Virus record (IMG/VR): IMGVR_UViG_3300025132_000022
Location: 57,519-121,518 of that record
Length of the DNA stretch: 64,000 bases
Strand: one strand, 5' to 3'
Origin: a virus
Below, piece by piece: positions 8,965 through 18,140 of the stretch. The position numbers and the translations under genes were made by a program. The notes beneath the pieces were generated by a model. The model was not told the origin of the DNA, searched no databases, and worked only from the letters and a program-made list of their open reading frames with translations. Each line of letters starts with the position of its first letter. Positions within the stretch are counted from its first letter, which is position 1.

Positions 8965-10038
8965 TTAATTTCTGTTTTTAATTCCAGCTAATCGCTGCAT
9001 TCTGTCAGCAAAAATATCTGCTGACGTGGTCTTTTTCTCTTCACGAGATCGGACCAATAAGCTAGATCTTCTATTAACTGCTTCACTCAGTGATTCTGGA
9101 CTTTTTTCTTGTTGTTTAGTCTCCACTGTGTTTTGAAGGGTCTCATAGATAACCTTTGCTTGTTTTGCATCTTCGGCCTTAGCGATTGCTTCAACAATAC
9201 TCTTTTTCTGTCGCTCATTCAGGGAGCCACAATCCAAAGTCCGATTGATATAAAGTAACTTTGCGTTTGATGTATTAACAGCATCAAACTTTTCTTTCAA
9301 TTGTACAATAGCAGATTTGTGAGCATCTAACTCACCTCCTAAAGTTTTATTCTCATTAACTAAATTTTCATTCTGTTTATTAAGGTTGTTGTTGGATTCT
9401 TCTAGTTTAGCAAGTGCAGATCTTAATGCTTCTGTTTCTTCCTTAACTTCATCGTCCTGCATTCTCGCGAGTTCCATCTCGACTGCATGATCCACCTCTT
9501 CATTAGAGACTCCCATCCATCCACGCTTTTGTGGTTTCATGTCAACTTTAAGGGATTCCATAATTTCGTCAACAAAGATCTCTTCCAACTCTTCTTCTAG
9601 TTGGGTGAGAGTCTCAGTTGCCAAAGATTCAGCGTCTGCGGATGCGCCAATCTCGTCAGACATTCCTGCCGCGAGATCGTCATGATCCTGCTTATCTGCC
9701 TGGAGCGAGTCCGAAGCAGAAATCCCCTCCTCCTCTTCAATTTCTTTAATTCTTTTCTCAATTGCGTCGAGGTCCAGTTCGACCTGACCGCTTTCTGATG
9801 CTGGGATGTCATCCATCTTCTCTTCATCAGAGACGTCTGCAGTAGACTGCTCGCCGTCGTCGTCTGTGGGTTCTTCCATGCCTAGATCCAAACTATCCTC
9901 ATCCTGTTCCAGTAAAACGGAAACAGCATCCTTAATCTGATCTGAGTACTTTTCAATAACCATTTGCTCTGCATTTTTAAGAGCGGCGTCTTTAAGCGCC
10001 TTTGCGTCAATAATTGCTTGTTCTAGAAGTGATGACAT
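8965..10038 (-). CDS. Prohead core scaffolding protein, T4 gp22-like
   Basis: Acidic coiled coil directly upstream of the capsid gene, with 'SNAKLLY.N', 'L.E.QK..I', many LxE sites and a C-terminal 'RMQRLAGI'. Confidence 0.8.
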   Translation of the reverse strand: MSSLLEQAIIDAKALKDAALKNAEQMVIEKYSDQIKDAVSVLLEQDEDSLDLGMEEPTDDDGEQSTADVSDEEKMDDIPASESGQVELDLDAIEKRIKEIEEEEGISASDSLQADKQDHDDLAAGMSDEIGASADAESLATETLTQLEEELEEIFVDEIMESLKVDMKPQKRGWMGVSNEEVDHAVEMELARMQDDEVKEETEALRSALAKLEESNNNLNKQNENLVNENKTLGGELDAHKSAIVQLKEKFDAVNTSNAKLLYINRTLDCGSLNERQKKSIVEAIAKAEDAKQAKVIYETLQNTVETKQQEKSPESLSEAVNRRSSLLVRSREEKKTTSADIFADRMQRLAGIKNRN

Positions 10039-10071
10039 AATTTACCCCTTATATAAAAATATGTTCAATAA

Positions 10072-10079
10072 TAAATAGT
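10072..10079 (-). promoter_or_regulatory. ACTATTTA motif (candidate promoter of the scaffold-capsid unit)
   Basis: Intergenic, about 34 nt upstream of the ATG at 10038. A perfect 8-bp inverted repeat (AGGTGTTT/AAACACCT, 10082-10100) lies just upstream. Confidence 0.55.
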
Positions 10080-10136
10080 GAAGGTGTTTTGTAAACACCT
10101 GAAATTTATTATACCACATTGTGGGTGTAGTTTTGT

Positions 10137-11114
10137 TTATTGTTGAGGATTAGTTCTCAAAGAGAAAAGTCCAGGAACCGTCATTCTTTTTTGGGCCCAG
10201 GGAAGGTCATGTCTAATAAGGGATTTCAAACCACTGGATGCGACTCGCGTTATCGAACCGTTCACCGTGGTGAAGTGATTATCCAGACCCGAATAGTCTT
10301 TGATCTGACCTCCAGCAGGATCATCGTCACACTTGTAATACCCAACGAGATCAGTGCCCTTGGCAAGGGTTCTATAATTCTGATGTATGCGGCCGCCATT
10401 GTATATATTTGTTACATCAGCATCGGTGAAGGCGGAACCTCCAGTGGTGCCGACCCCAACGAGTTCGGCGGAAGAATGGTTATAAAACAAAAAGTTTGAC
10501 AGTTTCGCCTTTATATGTTGATGGTTGTCGGTGCTGAGATTGCCTAAATACTGGCTGGCGTTCATTATGCCGAGGTTGGTGTAGGCGTCGTTTGGAGATA
10601 CAACAGCAGATCCCCAGGTTGATCCGTTTTTGTAAAACTGGACCTTTTCAGTATTATTGTTATCTGCTGTCTCAGGTGTGTAAGCCATCACAACGTGCAC
10701 CCAGTTACCCTCTTCATCTTCAAAAAAATCCTTACCGCCCACTTGGGTGGTGATAAATTGATTCGACTCGTTGACATCTTCATCACGCATGGATATTCCG
10801 AGTGTCTCGTTTCGGTACCACACATGAAGAGGATACCAAGAATTCCAAATAAACCTGTAAGTAGAATCGCTTGCTACATTGAGATTAATCCAAAAAGCAA
10901 TGGTAAATGGGTGATCTGTATCGTGTGCCAATGAGGATATTTCAAAATCATTTTGATCTGAGGATCTGGAAGCGTAAGTGGTATTAGTGCCACCAAAATT
11001 GAGTGCAGTTGGGTCTTCCACCTTTTCTATGAAGGTCTTCGTGCCTGGGTCCTCATTAACCTCGCGCTGATTGTCAACCACAAAATCAGGTCTTATGGTG
11101 TGTTGTCTTTTCAT
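10137..11114 (-). CDS. LamG/concanavalin A-like jelly-roll virion protein
   Basis: 'PFTIAFWIN', 'WVHVVMAY', 'FYKNG', 'VTNIYNGG' and 'LVGYYKCDD...IKDYSG.DNH' follow the LamG-3 pattern. The ATG at 11114, 2 nt after the upstream stop, is preferred over 11144. Confidence 0.8.
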   Translation of the reverse strand: MKRQHTIRPDFVVDNQREVNEDPGTKTFIEKVEDPTALNFGGTNTTYASRSSDQNDFEISSLAHDTDHPFTIAFWINLNVASDSTYRFIWNSWYPLHVWYRNETLGISMRDEDVNESNQFITTQVGGKDFFEDEEGNWVHVVMAYTPETADNNNTEKVQFYKNGSTWGSAVVSPNDAYTNLGIMNASQYLGNLSTDNHQHIKAKLSNFLFYNHSSAELVGVGTTGGSAFTDADVTNIYNGGRIHQNYRTLAKGTDLVGYYKCDDDPAGGQIKDYSGLDNHFTTVNGSITRVASSGLKSLIRHDLPWAQKRMTVPGLFSLRTNPQQ

Positions 11115-11116
11115 GA

Positions 11117-11548
11117 TTAGAAAGTAGAGGCAGCGGCGTAGCATCTAACATCCGCTGTTGTTCCAACAAACGCTACTCTATCTACTCCTGCAATCTCAAA
11201 AGTAACCAGTTCTCGACTTGCTGCGGTGTGAGTGTTTTCAGCAGCGCCAGTGTCAGGTGCTGTTACCGTTAGTGCAGTAGATGCATCTCCTATCTTCGTA
11301 AGAGGTGCCCACTTTTGAAACGCATGATTGTATCCATATAAAGTAACAGTTAGTCCAGCACCAACATTCTTGTCTGTCACAAGAACATGAAGAAATCTTT
11401 GGTTCTCTGTTGCGTAACCGTCCGTAACAGCATCCAATGTTGCTACCAACACTACATCAACTTCACCGCCCTGTACTCCTGATAGACTTTTGGGACCTCT
11501 TGTTCTGCCCCAACTTCTGTGTGTATGAAATCCCGATGTTATGCTCAT
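11117..11548 (-). CDS. Hypothetical (probable virion) protein
   Basis: 143 aa, GGAG SD, beta-rich, located in the head module. Confidence 0.65.
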   Translation of the reverse strand: MSITSGFHTHRSWGRTRGPKSLSGVQGGEVDVVLVATLDAVTDGYATENQRFLHVLVTDKNVGAGLTVTLYGYNHAFQKWAPLTKIGDASTALTVTAPDTGAAENTHTAASRELVTFEIAGVDRVAFVGTTADVRCYAAASTF

Positions 11549-11573
11549 TTTAAATCTCCATAATTAAATATAT

Positions 11574-11798
11574 TTAGTCTTTAAACTTTTCATTAAACTT
11601 TCTTGTTGATTCTTGAGAAAGTTTCTTCTTTCTCTCCTTCTTCAACTTTCTAACTTCAGACTTTGGGGTGAATTGCATTCGTTTTCTCACCTTATCGATC
11701 AGTCCTTCCTTTTTTGTTTTCTTTACGAATCTTCTGATCATTCTCATCTGATCTTCGTTATGTCTTGGTTTTACATCAAAATTAACTGCTTTAGCCAT
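11574..11798 (-). CDS. rpsU: Phage-encoded 30S ribosomal protein bS21 homologue
   Basis: 74 aa and very basic. 'V.....E...RMIRRF.KK.KKEG....VRKR..F...SE.RK.KK' matches the bS21 signature. Its position among head genes is as described for bS21 phages. Confidence 0.85.
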   Translation of the reverse strand: MAKAVNFDVKPRHNEDQMRMIRRFVKKTKKEGLIDKVRKRMQFTPKSEVRKLKKERKKKLSQESTRKFNEKFKD

Positions 11799-11808
11799 TA
11801 TAAATCCT

Positions 11809-12225
11809 TTATTTTAGTGCGTCCCACTTGCCGCCAAAGGCACCAAGTAGTCCGTCGATATCAACACCCTTGTCATTAGGGTCTATGTTTGCAAGAGGCG
11901 AATGAGATGGTGTTGCGTTTGGAGATCCTGCACTTGATAGTGGAGCAGTGCCCTCAAATATGTCTACGCCGCCATAGGCATCTTTCCCAATCGCTGAAAG
12001 TATTTTACTTTTTGACTCCTGCAATCTTCTTGAAACCTTTTCAGTATCTCTTTTTGGCGAAACGGACTCTTGCTTCTTTTGCTCTACAATCGGTTGTCCC
12101 ATTCCAGATACGATCTCTGCGACCAGAGTGGATAGGACCCCCTCTTCAAATATCGCTTCTTTTATACACTCCATAACAAGTGGTTTTAAAACTTTTTTCA
12201 ATTTATTCAATTCTTGTTCTTTCAT
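11809..12225 (-). CDS. Hypothetical prohead-region protein
   Basis: 138 aa, ATGA overlap with the protease gene, N-terminal 'LKKVLKPLVMECIKE' helix. Confidence 0.7.
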   Translation of the reverse strand: MKEQELNKLKKVLKPLVMECIKEAIFEEGVLSTLVAEIVSGMGQPIVEQKKQESVSPKRDTEKVSRRLQESKSKILSAIGKDAYGGVDIFEGTAPLSSAGSPNATPSHSPLANIDPNDKGVDIDGLLGAFGGKWDALK

Positions 12226-12827
12226 TTCGTCCTCAATACGTTGTTCATTAATCTATTGATCTTGTCTTCCTTGGATAGTGGTCTCGACATGTCCCTAGAT
12301 TCATGCACCTGAGACATTATTGCACCTGGGGTAGATGGGTCTGAAACCATATCAAAACAAATCAGTTGAAAATCGTCTTCTACCAAGGTAACTCCGTTGT
12401 TTTCTGTCACAGAACCCATACCTCTAGAGGAAATACCGCATGGTACGCCTGCCTGTACAAGATTCTTGAGTATATTTCCAGAAGGCGTAGGCAACACCTC
12501 TATCTTGCCCATCACTTTTTGCCCGTCCATCCATATTTCAGTCACAAGGTGTGATGCGTTTTGCAAGTTAATGACAGATGACTCGGGATGATCAAGTTCC
12601 CCAAGTGCTCGGCGCTGCTCTACCAACTTAGCATAACGGCCAACCTCTCTCTCCAAAAGAGCGTGAGGGTAAACTCTGCCATTTGCGTTCTTTGTCTCAG
12701 ACATTTGCATTACACCAGTTAGGATAGTCACTTTTCCTTCAGCGACTCTCCTCTTCTCATCTTCAGTGAGCAGGTCCTGGCAAACGCCACCGTCACACAA
12801 CTCAAAATATTCTCTCAATAGTTTCAT
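12222..12827 (-). CDS. gp21: Prohead core protease, T4 gp21-like
   Basis: Catalytic His/Ser motifs 'N.NGRVYP', 'ALGELDHP', 'SH', 'GISSRGMGSV' and 'FD.VSDPSTPGA'. The ATG at 12827 has a GAGGA SD (the track uses TTG at 12839). Confidence 0.95.
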   Translation of the reverse strand: MKLLREYFELCDGGVCQDLLTEDEKRRVAEGKVTILTGVMQMSETKNANGRVYPHALLEREVGRYAKLVEQRRALGELDHPESSVINLQNASHLVTEIWMDGQKVMGKIEVLPTPSGNILKNLVQAGVPCGISSRGMGSVTENNGVTLVEDDFQLICFDMVSDPSTPGAIMSQVHESRDMSRPLSKEDKINRLMNNVLRTK

Positions 12828-12840
12828 AATATTCCTCAAT

Positions 12841-12855
12841 GCGGGGGTAACCCGC
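12841..12855 (-). promoter_or_regulatory. GC-rich hairpin GCGGG-TTACC-CCCGC between the small ORF stop and the protease SD
   Basis: Perfect 5-bp GC stem in an AT-rich genome, with no U-tract. Confidence 0.5.
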
Positions 12856-12860
12856 GTCAG

Positions 12861-12911
12861 TTACTTGCCACTGCAGCAGCGTCTAACTCTTTGTAACATC
12901 CAGCGCTTCAT
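12861..12911 (-). CDS. Unannotated 16-aa ORF MKRWMLQRVRRCCSGK
   Basis: GAGGAG SD and ATGA coupling to the upstream gene's stop. It ends in TAA in frame with the protease. Confidence 0.5.
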   Translation of the reverse strand: MKRWMLQRVRRCCSGK

Positions 12912-13213
12912 GACTTCTCCTCATAGTTATGCCTTATATTGAACCCGTAATCGTTAACAAGCATGCTTCCAAAGTAACACACAATTGACGAATAACATCC
13001 CAACACAAAGGCGGTGACCAAAGATTGGTCAAAAGTAAATAGTTCTGTAAACGGACTTAACGCCCACAAAATAATGCCTGTCCAAAACCCTGTGCACATC
13101 GGACAGGATAGAAGTTTTCCCATCCACCCCTGAGTGGGGCGGATTCTATCAAATATACTTCCGTAAATGATTATTTGTGTCATGCCGATGCAGGCAATCG
13201 TATAGGTGAGCAT
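12908..13213 (-). CDS. Membrane protein, DUF1360-like, with CxxC
   Basis: Three hydrophobic segments and the 'LLSCPMCTGFW' motif. Confidence 0.65.
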   Translation of the reverse strand: MLTYTIACIGMTQIIIYGSIFDRIRPTQGWMGKLLSCPMCTGFWTGIILWALSPFTELFTFDQSLVTAFVLGCYSSIVCYFGSMLVNDYGFNIRHNYEEKS

Positions 13214-13776
13214 TATCTCTCCATTATCTCTCTCAAGATAGAATACATGTACTGATACCCGTACGGTCTAACCTGATGATCTAGAGAACCCTTCTTGTTG
13301 GTATGTGGAACTTCCCCCAATTCTGTGCTGTCCACCTCTTCGGGGTCTAGGAAGAAATTTTGTAAAGTGTCCTTGTACAACTCGCGAGACTTCATGTTTG
13401 GTTCATCTTCTTTTAGAAAATTAAATATTTCCAAAAGTGTAAGTTGAAAAGATGATATGTCTTCGGATGCAGATTCCATTATCTGCCCTTCCAGTGAAGA
13501 ATGTACTGAACCTGATTTTATTGACCCCCTATCAATGATGCCTACCTTTGACAGTTTTGTTAACAATTCATCTTGCGTATAGTAAGTCTCTTCGGAAACA
13601 CTGTCTTTTGGGAACGTAGATACCCTACTTTTCTCCTTTGAAACAACAATGTCGATCAAGTCATGGTCAAATATCATCAAATCTCCATTGAGTGTTTTTC
13701 TCGCCTCTTGGAAAAAAATCTGTTTTGTAACAGGTTCCTGATCTTTAGCGCCTCGAATGATGTTGATTTTAAGCAT
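13213..13776 (-). CDS. Hypothetical protein (head module)
   Basis: 187-aa ORF coupled to both neighbours. Confidence 0.7.
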   Translation of the reverse strand: MLKINIIRGAKDQEPVTKQIFFQEARKTLNGDLMIFDHDLIDIVVSKEKSRVSTFPKDSVSEETYYTQDELLTKLSKVGIIDRGSIKSGSVHSSLEGQIMESASEDISSFQLTLLEIFNFLKEDEPNMKSRELYKDTLQNFFLDPEEVDSTELGEVPHTNKKGSLDHQVRPYGYQYMYSILREIMER

Positions 13777-14581
13777 TTTCCATTTCCTCGACCAACCCCT
13801 GTATCATCAGGACCTCAGATACTAAATTGTCGTCAACTTCCTTGTCACTATATGATTCTAATTTTAACATAATGTCGTCATATTTCGTCTTCAGGTCTTC
13901 GCCCTGAAGGAGATCACTGTTTTCGAAACTTCTCAACTTTGTCTTCAATTCTGACACCTGGTCGTTTAAATACACCTTAAGTCCCAAAGAGTTGTCTGAA
14001 AAGGACGCGATGTAATTCGTCAGTAGTTCTCTTTGATTATCTGGCAAGGATGCGTATTTTTTATTAAAACTTTCAACAAATGTCCTGTAGGTCAGGTTAT
14101 CAATGTGTGTTTTAGAGTCTGAGTCCTCCTCAACGGTCAGAGATTCGACAATCTTCTGTTCCAGGAGCATCTTTTCCTTTATTGAGGTTTTATCGTTAAA
14201 AATATTATAAACAGTTGCGAGGTTCTTGTAGTTTGGGACAAAATTGCCGAACACCTGAGATGATAAATTGTAATTAATTTCCTTAATTAATTTATTCTGA
14301 CTTGTAAAAATGTCTTGTCTGTCAAGAGATGCATATCTCTGCTTTGCCTCAGTTAGTATAAACTTCGCTGTCTCCTTTGTTAAGTTCTTGGATTCCAGGA
14401 TTTCTTTGTATATTTTCAATTCCCTATTTAAAACACCGCTCTTTGAAAAATGCTCTTTAATGATGTCTCTAACAACGGTCTGTCTTGCAGTGTTCTTTTT
14501 AACGACAGACTTAACATACTCTCTCGTAAGTGCTTCAAATAAGAAAGCGGTATTTCTCTTTTTGTTGTGTTTTAGTCTCAT
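13769..14581 (-). CDS. Hypothetical protein downstream of the portal
   Basis: 270 aa, helical, starting 'KHNKKRNTAFLFE'. ATGA overlap with the portal stop. Confidence 0.75.
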   Translation of the reverse strand: MRLKHNKKRNTAFLFEALTREYVKSVVKKNTARQTVVRDIIKEHFSKSGVLNRELKIYKEILESKNLTKETAKFILTEAKQRYASLDRQDIFTSQNKLIKEINYNLSSQVFGNFVPNYKNLATVYNIFNDKTSIKEKMLLEQKIVESLTVEEDSDSKTHIDNLTYRTFVESFNKKYASLPDNQRELLTNYIASFSDNSLGLKVYLNDQVSELKTKLRSFENSDLLQGEDLKTKYDDIMLKLESYSDKEVDDNLVSEVLMIQGLVEEMENA

Positions 14582-16548
14582 TTTTTGGTTTCCCTGTTTT
14601 GTAATTCTTTAATAAGATCAGATACTTCTTTGCCTCTAAGAAATATATTCTCCTCTTCTCTAATATAACTAGTAAGTTTAGACTCCGAAAGTCTCTGCTT
14701 ATCTTCCTCAACCACACCTCTAGATAAAGATTTTAGTTTCTTGTATCCAGGAATGGTCTTATAAGATTGGGTCCGACCTCCAGTGTCTCTCTTGTCTCGT
14801 TCGCCAGTCACCTGTTTCGTGATATGTATCTTGCCCTTTGCTCTCTTGTGTTTCGCATCGTAAGAGTCTTCCCTGGATCCTGGTGCTGCTAGTAGCGCTC
14901 CAGCGTCTTCTTCTCCTGCGTCTGCACCCAGATCTGCACCGAGGTCTCCTTCGCCTCCAAGAACATCCTCTCCACCTGTAGTGTCAATACCTTCTCCGCC
15001 TTCTCCACCTGTGCCGAGGTCGGTACCCAAGATATCTTCCTCACCGCCTGGTGTGCCGCCCGCTGCTGCGGTTGCTTCTGCTTGCGCCTGCTCTGCAGCA
15101 GACTCAAGGCGAGCGTCGAATTGTCTATCGTAATACATTTGCCTTTGGTTTTTGACAAATTCTTCCTCTGTCATGCTGAACAGGTGAGATGCAATCCACT
15201 GTCTGCTAAAGAATCCTTCAGTCGCTGTTGATGCAACGTCAAACTTAGTCTTCCAGTGTTCCAGTTCTTGGAGTTCTGCAATCTTAGACGGACTATTCAT
15301 CTTTAATTTGAAATTAATCAAATCCTCGCCTCGGTAACCCAAGGTGTAAAGGTGCACGATGCCTATCTTTTCGAGTTCAGTAACAACAGATCTTTGCAGT
15401 CTTTGCACAGTTCTGGCAAATCTGATGTCCTTCTGTGCTAGTGTGGTGGCATCTTCACCGCCACCCGCTTCTGCGTTCGTGTTTGAAATATAGGAACCTG
15501 GGATTTTCAATGCAGAGAATAACTTATCTCTCAGGTACTTAACATCCTCGATGTCGCCAGTATAGGTGCCACCTGGTAAACTCTCGACTCTAGAACTGGA
15601 TCCCGCGCGTGTAGGTATGAAGTAATCTTCATCAACAGACATAGGGTTATATCGCAAGTCAACACGCCCCGAAGCAGGATCAACCACCTGGTTTCTCTTC
15701 ATTTGCGTCATAACCTTTTGCATGTATTGTTCTATATCTTGAGGTGGTATATTGCCCACGTCGATGTAGAAAACACGGCGCTCGGGTGATCTCACAATCC
15801 TATATGCCATCATAGCATCTTCAAGTAAGGTCAACTGTCTCCAAATACGCCTGGCAGGTTCTAGGACCGATGTGCCATAAGGTGCGTACTTGTCGTTACC
15901 CAATATCCTAAAGTGTCCAATTTGCCAGTTTTCAAACGTTAAACCTGCCGAGTTCCACTGAAACTGACAGTAGTTAGGGTTTGTTTTGTCCTCGCCTTCA
16001 AGTCTTTCTAGTTCCTGTCCTGGCATCCCTATAACGCTTTTAATTCCTAAGTTCTCATCTATATCAAGATAAAGAAAGAAGTCGCCGTACTTAACCATCG
16101 TTCGGCACCATCCAAAAATATTGTACTCCAAATTCATAATACTGAAATACAATGCGTGCAATATTCCCTTTATTTCTTCGTTGTTGCAATCTATTGTCAT
16201 CAAGGGTTGCAAGGCACTATGAGTAGTCATCTCATCTGCATATATGTCTATAGCGGAGGCAATCTCGGGTGTGTACTCCATTTGATCAAAGTCCACATAC
16301 CTCTCTAGTCTGTTTTGATTGTTTTGAGCGCTTCCGTACAATCCAGCAAACGGGTTATGGTCCATTCTCTTGAATTGCTTTCCGCTGGCGGATGTGAATC
16401 TGCTGGCATACTTATCTAACTGCCTTCTTCTTAATCGTCTTGCCGTCTGGGTCCTGTAATTGACAATGGGACCTGATAGTAGTCTTGTCAGTTTTTTGAA
16501 CAATGTACTCTGCTGATTTTTCGGGTTTACTTTTCTAGGTCCTGCCAT
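14578..16548 (-). CDS. gp20: Portal protein, T4 gp20-like
   Basis: Motifs 'PEIASAIDIYADE', 'LLEDAMMAYRIVRSPERRVFYIDVGN', 'EDYFIP.R', 'LPGG...DIEDV.Y...KLF.ALKIP' and 'DIRFAR'. Confidence 0.96.
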   Translation of the reverse strand: MAGPRKVNPKNQQSTLFKKLTRLLSGPIVNYRTQTARRLRRRQLDKYASRFTSASGKQFKRMDHNPFAGLYGSAQNNQNRLERYVDFDQMEYTPEIASAIDIYADEMTTHSALQPLMTIDCNNEEIKGILHALYFSIMNLEYNIFGWCRTMVKYGDFFLYLDIDENLGIKSVIGMPGQELERLEGEDKTNPNYCQFQWNSAGLTFENWQIGHFRILGNDKYAPYGTSVLEPARRIWRQLTLLEDAMMAYRIVRSPERRVFYIDVGNIPPQDIEQYMQKVMTQMKRNQVVDPASGRVDLRYNPMSVDEDYFIPTRAGSSSRVESLPGGTYTGDIEDVKYLRDKLFSALKIPGSYISNTNAEAGGGEDATTLAQKDIRFARTVQRLQRSVVTELEKIGIVHLYTLGYRGEDLINFKLKMNSPSKIAELQELEHWKTKFDVASTATEGFFSRQWIASHLFSMTEEEFVKNQRQMYYDRQFDARLESAAEQAQAEATAAAGGTPGGEEDILGTDLGTGGEGGEGIDTTGGEDVLGGEGDLGADLGADAGEEDAGALLAAPGSREDSYDAKHKRAKGKIHITKQVTGERDKRDTGGRTQSYKTIPGYKKLKSLSRGVVEEDKQRLSESKLTSYIREEENIFLRGKEVSDLIKELQNRETKK

Positions 16549-16553
16549 TATTA

Positions 16554-18140
16554 TTATCCTTTAAACAACCAGGGGTATTGTGTGTAGTTCCTGTCATGTG
16601 TCTTCTTTTTTTCAAAAACATTGTCACCATCGTAACCCTGCATACCTTTTATTGTTGTGTTCATTTTAGTTTTTGCTGATACCATTGTAGCAAGAAATGC
16701 CTTATTATATTCTATATTTCTCTTGTTTTCAATCAAGGCAGTGTCCCTTACCCAACATCCTATTGCACATGCCATAATTAAATCATCGTTGTACGATCTC
16801 ATTGCTTCTGGTCTTCCGTTGTTCCAAATAAAGGTCTTCATCTCGTTATAAAGACGAGGCGAATTTATGGTAATTAGTTCATTTCTTACAAATTCTTCCA
16901 ACTTTGCAACAATCAAGGGTCTTGTCTTTTGACTAGTTGTAAAACCTGCAACTGCATTGGATGCTGCCTCTGCAGTAACTTGGTCAACGTATTCGTGTGA
17001 TGACTTTATTGAGTGATACAAATTTGGGTACTGCATTTCTCTTAATTTGTCCAAAACTGCAAACCCCACAGTGTTGTTCTCAACGACCAACATGCAGTCG
17101 CCGTATTCTCTTCCTGCGTCAAAAAGTATTTTAGAAAACAGGTCTGGAGTTATCCTTCCTTGATATTCCGCCACAATCTCCATCGTCAAGGTGTCGAATA
17201 TGTGAAATACCGAAAAGTCCTTACCGTCACCCCTAGCAACATCGGCACTTAAAAGATACGGTACACCAGATTCCGCCTCTTTCCATATCCAGTAATTTCT
17301 GTCAAAACCCGTCCTGTACTTTGGTTCTGAAACGAATTGCGACAATATCTTCATTCTATCTGGGTGAAACACTGTTTCGCCCGACATGTTAAAGTTACAC
17401 TCCAACTCTTGGGCGATCTGCCTCCTGGACATGTTCTTTGTTTCTTTCTCAAACCATTCTTGGTCTCTGTCTGGATGAACGTCCCACGGTAATGTCATGG
17501 GAAGAAAGTCATTTGACTGAGTCTCGGCATCAGTGAATGTCTTATGAAACCAATTGCCAACACCATTAGGAGTAGATAACGCTATGCATCGACCACCAGT
17601 TGAAAGAGTGGGATATAAACCAGTCCACAACTCGTCCAAACCCTCAACGTGAGCGGCCTCGTCAATAACTAAAAGAGAAAGTGCCTCAGAACGCCCAGCG
17701 TCGCCAGAGGTTGATGATGCCTTTATTTGCGAACCATTGGACAACTCAAACGAAGTTCTATTATCAATTGAAACCTCCGCTATTCTTATCCACTCTGGAC
17801 AATTTCTCAATATTGTTTTCACCTTCTTTACGAGGTTTGCTGCAGTGCCGAACTTGGTTGCCAAAACAAGAACATTCTTCTCCTTATGAAAAAGCATCAA
17901 CCAAACAACATACGCCGCAGTAACAGTTGACAAACCCAACTGTCTTGCTTTCAACACTACATTAAATCGATTGTCTTGAAAGTTCTTAAGTGCGACCTTT
18001 TGAAAGGGGTAGGTCTTAAAGGGTATCAACCCCTTGAGTGGGTGAGTAATTTTAGCATAATTGGTGATGAAATAGTCTGGGTCTCGTCCCGACTTTACTA
18101 TTTCTCGCATTATTTCTTTCTTACTTAAGACTGAGTTCAT
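16554..18140 (-). CDS. terL: Terminase large subunit, T4 gp17-like
   Basis: 'YPFQ', Walker A 'KARQLGLST', Walker B 'LLVIDEAA', 'STPNG' and the nuclease motifs 'ADVARGDG.DFS' and 'NDDL.MA'. Confidence 0.96.
   Translation of the reverse strand: MNSVLSKKEIMREIVKSGRDPDYFITNYAKITHPLKGLIPFKTYPFQKVALKNFQDNRFNVVLKARQLGLSTVTAAYVVWLMLFHKEKNVLVLATKFGTAANLVKKVKTILRNCPEWIRIAEVSIDNRTSFELSNGSQIKASSTSGDAGRSEALSLLVIDEAAHVEGLDELWTGLYPTLSTGGRCIALSTPNGVGNWFHKTFTDAETQSNDFLPMTLPWDVHPDRDQEWFEKETKNMSRRQIAQELECNFNMSGETVFHPDRMKILSQFVSEPKYRTGFDRNYWIWKEAESGVPYLLSADVARGDGKDFSVFHIFDTLTMEIVAEYQGRITPDLFSKILFDAGREYGDCMLVVENNTVGFAVLDKLREMQYPNLYHSIKSSHEYVDQVTAEAASNAVAGFTTSQKTRPLIVAKLEEFVRNELITINSPRLYNEMKTFIWNNGRPEAMRSYNDDLIMACAIGCWVRDTALIENKRNIEYNKAFLATMVSAKTKMNTTIKGMQGYDGDNVFEKKKTHDRNYTQYPWLFKG

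Noticed and set aside
10082-10100. Inverted repeat AGGTGTTT-TGT-AAACACCT as an intrinsic terminator
   Set aside because: There is no U-tract on the coding strand. It is kept only as a note beside the promoter-like motif.
12841-12859. TGA immediately followed by a hairpin, as a possible selenocysteine/SECIS signal
   Set aside because: This TGA is not in the frame of the small ORF or the protease. Its frame is already closed by the TGA at 12908-12910, and the spacing and stem do not fit a bacterial SECIS.
16554-18140. Intein or intron in terminase (also considered for portal, capsid and primase)
   Set aside because: Lengths are ordinary and the motifs are contiguous. No intein C/S...HN boundaries or homing-endonuclease motifs were noticed.
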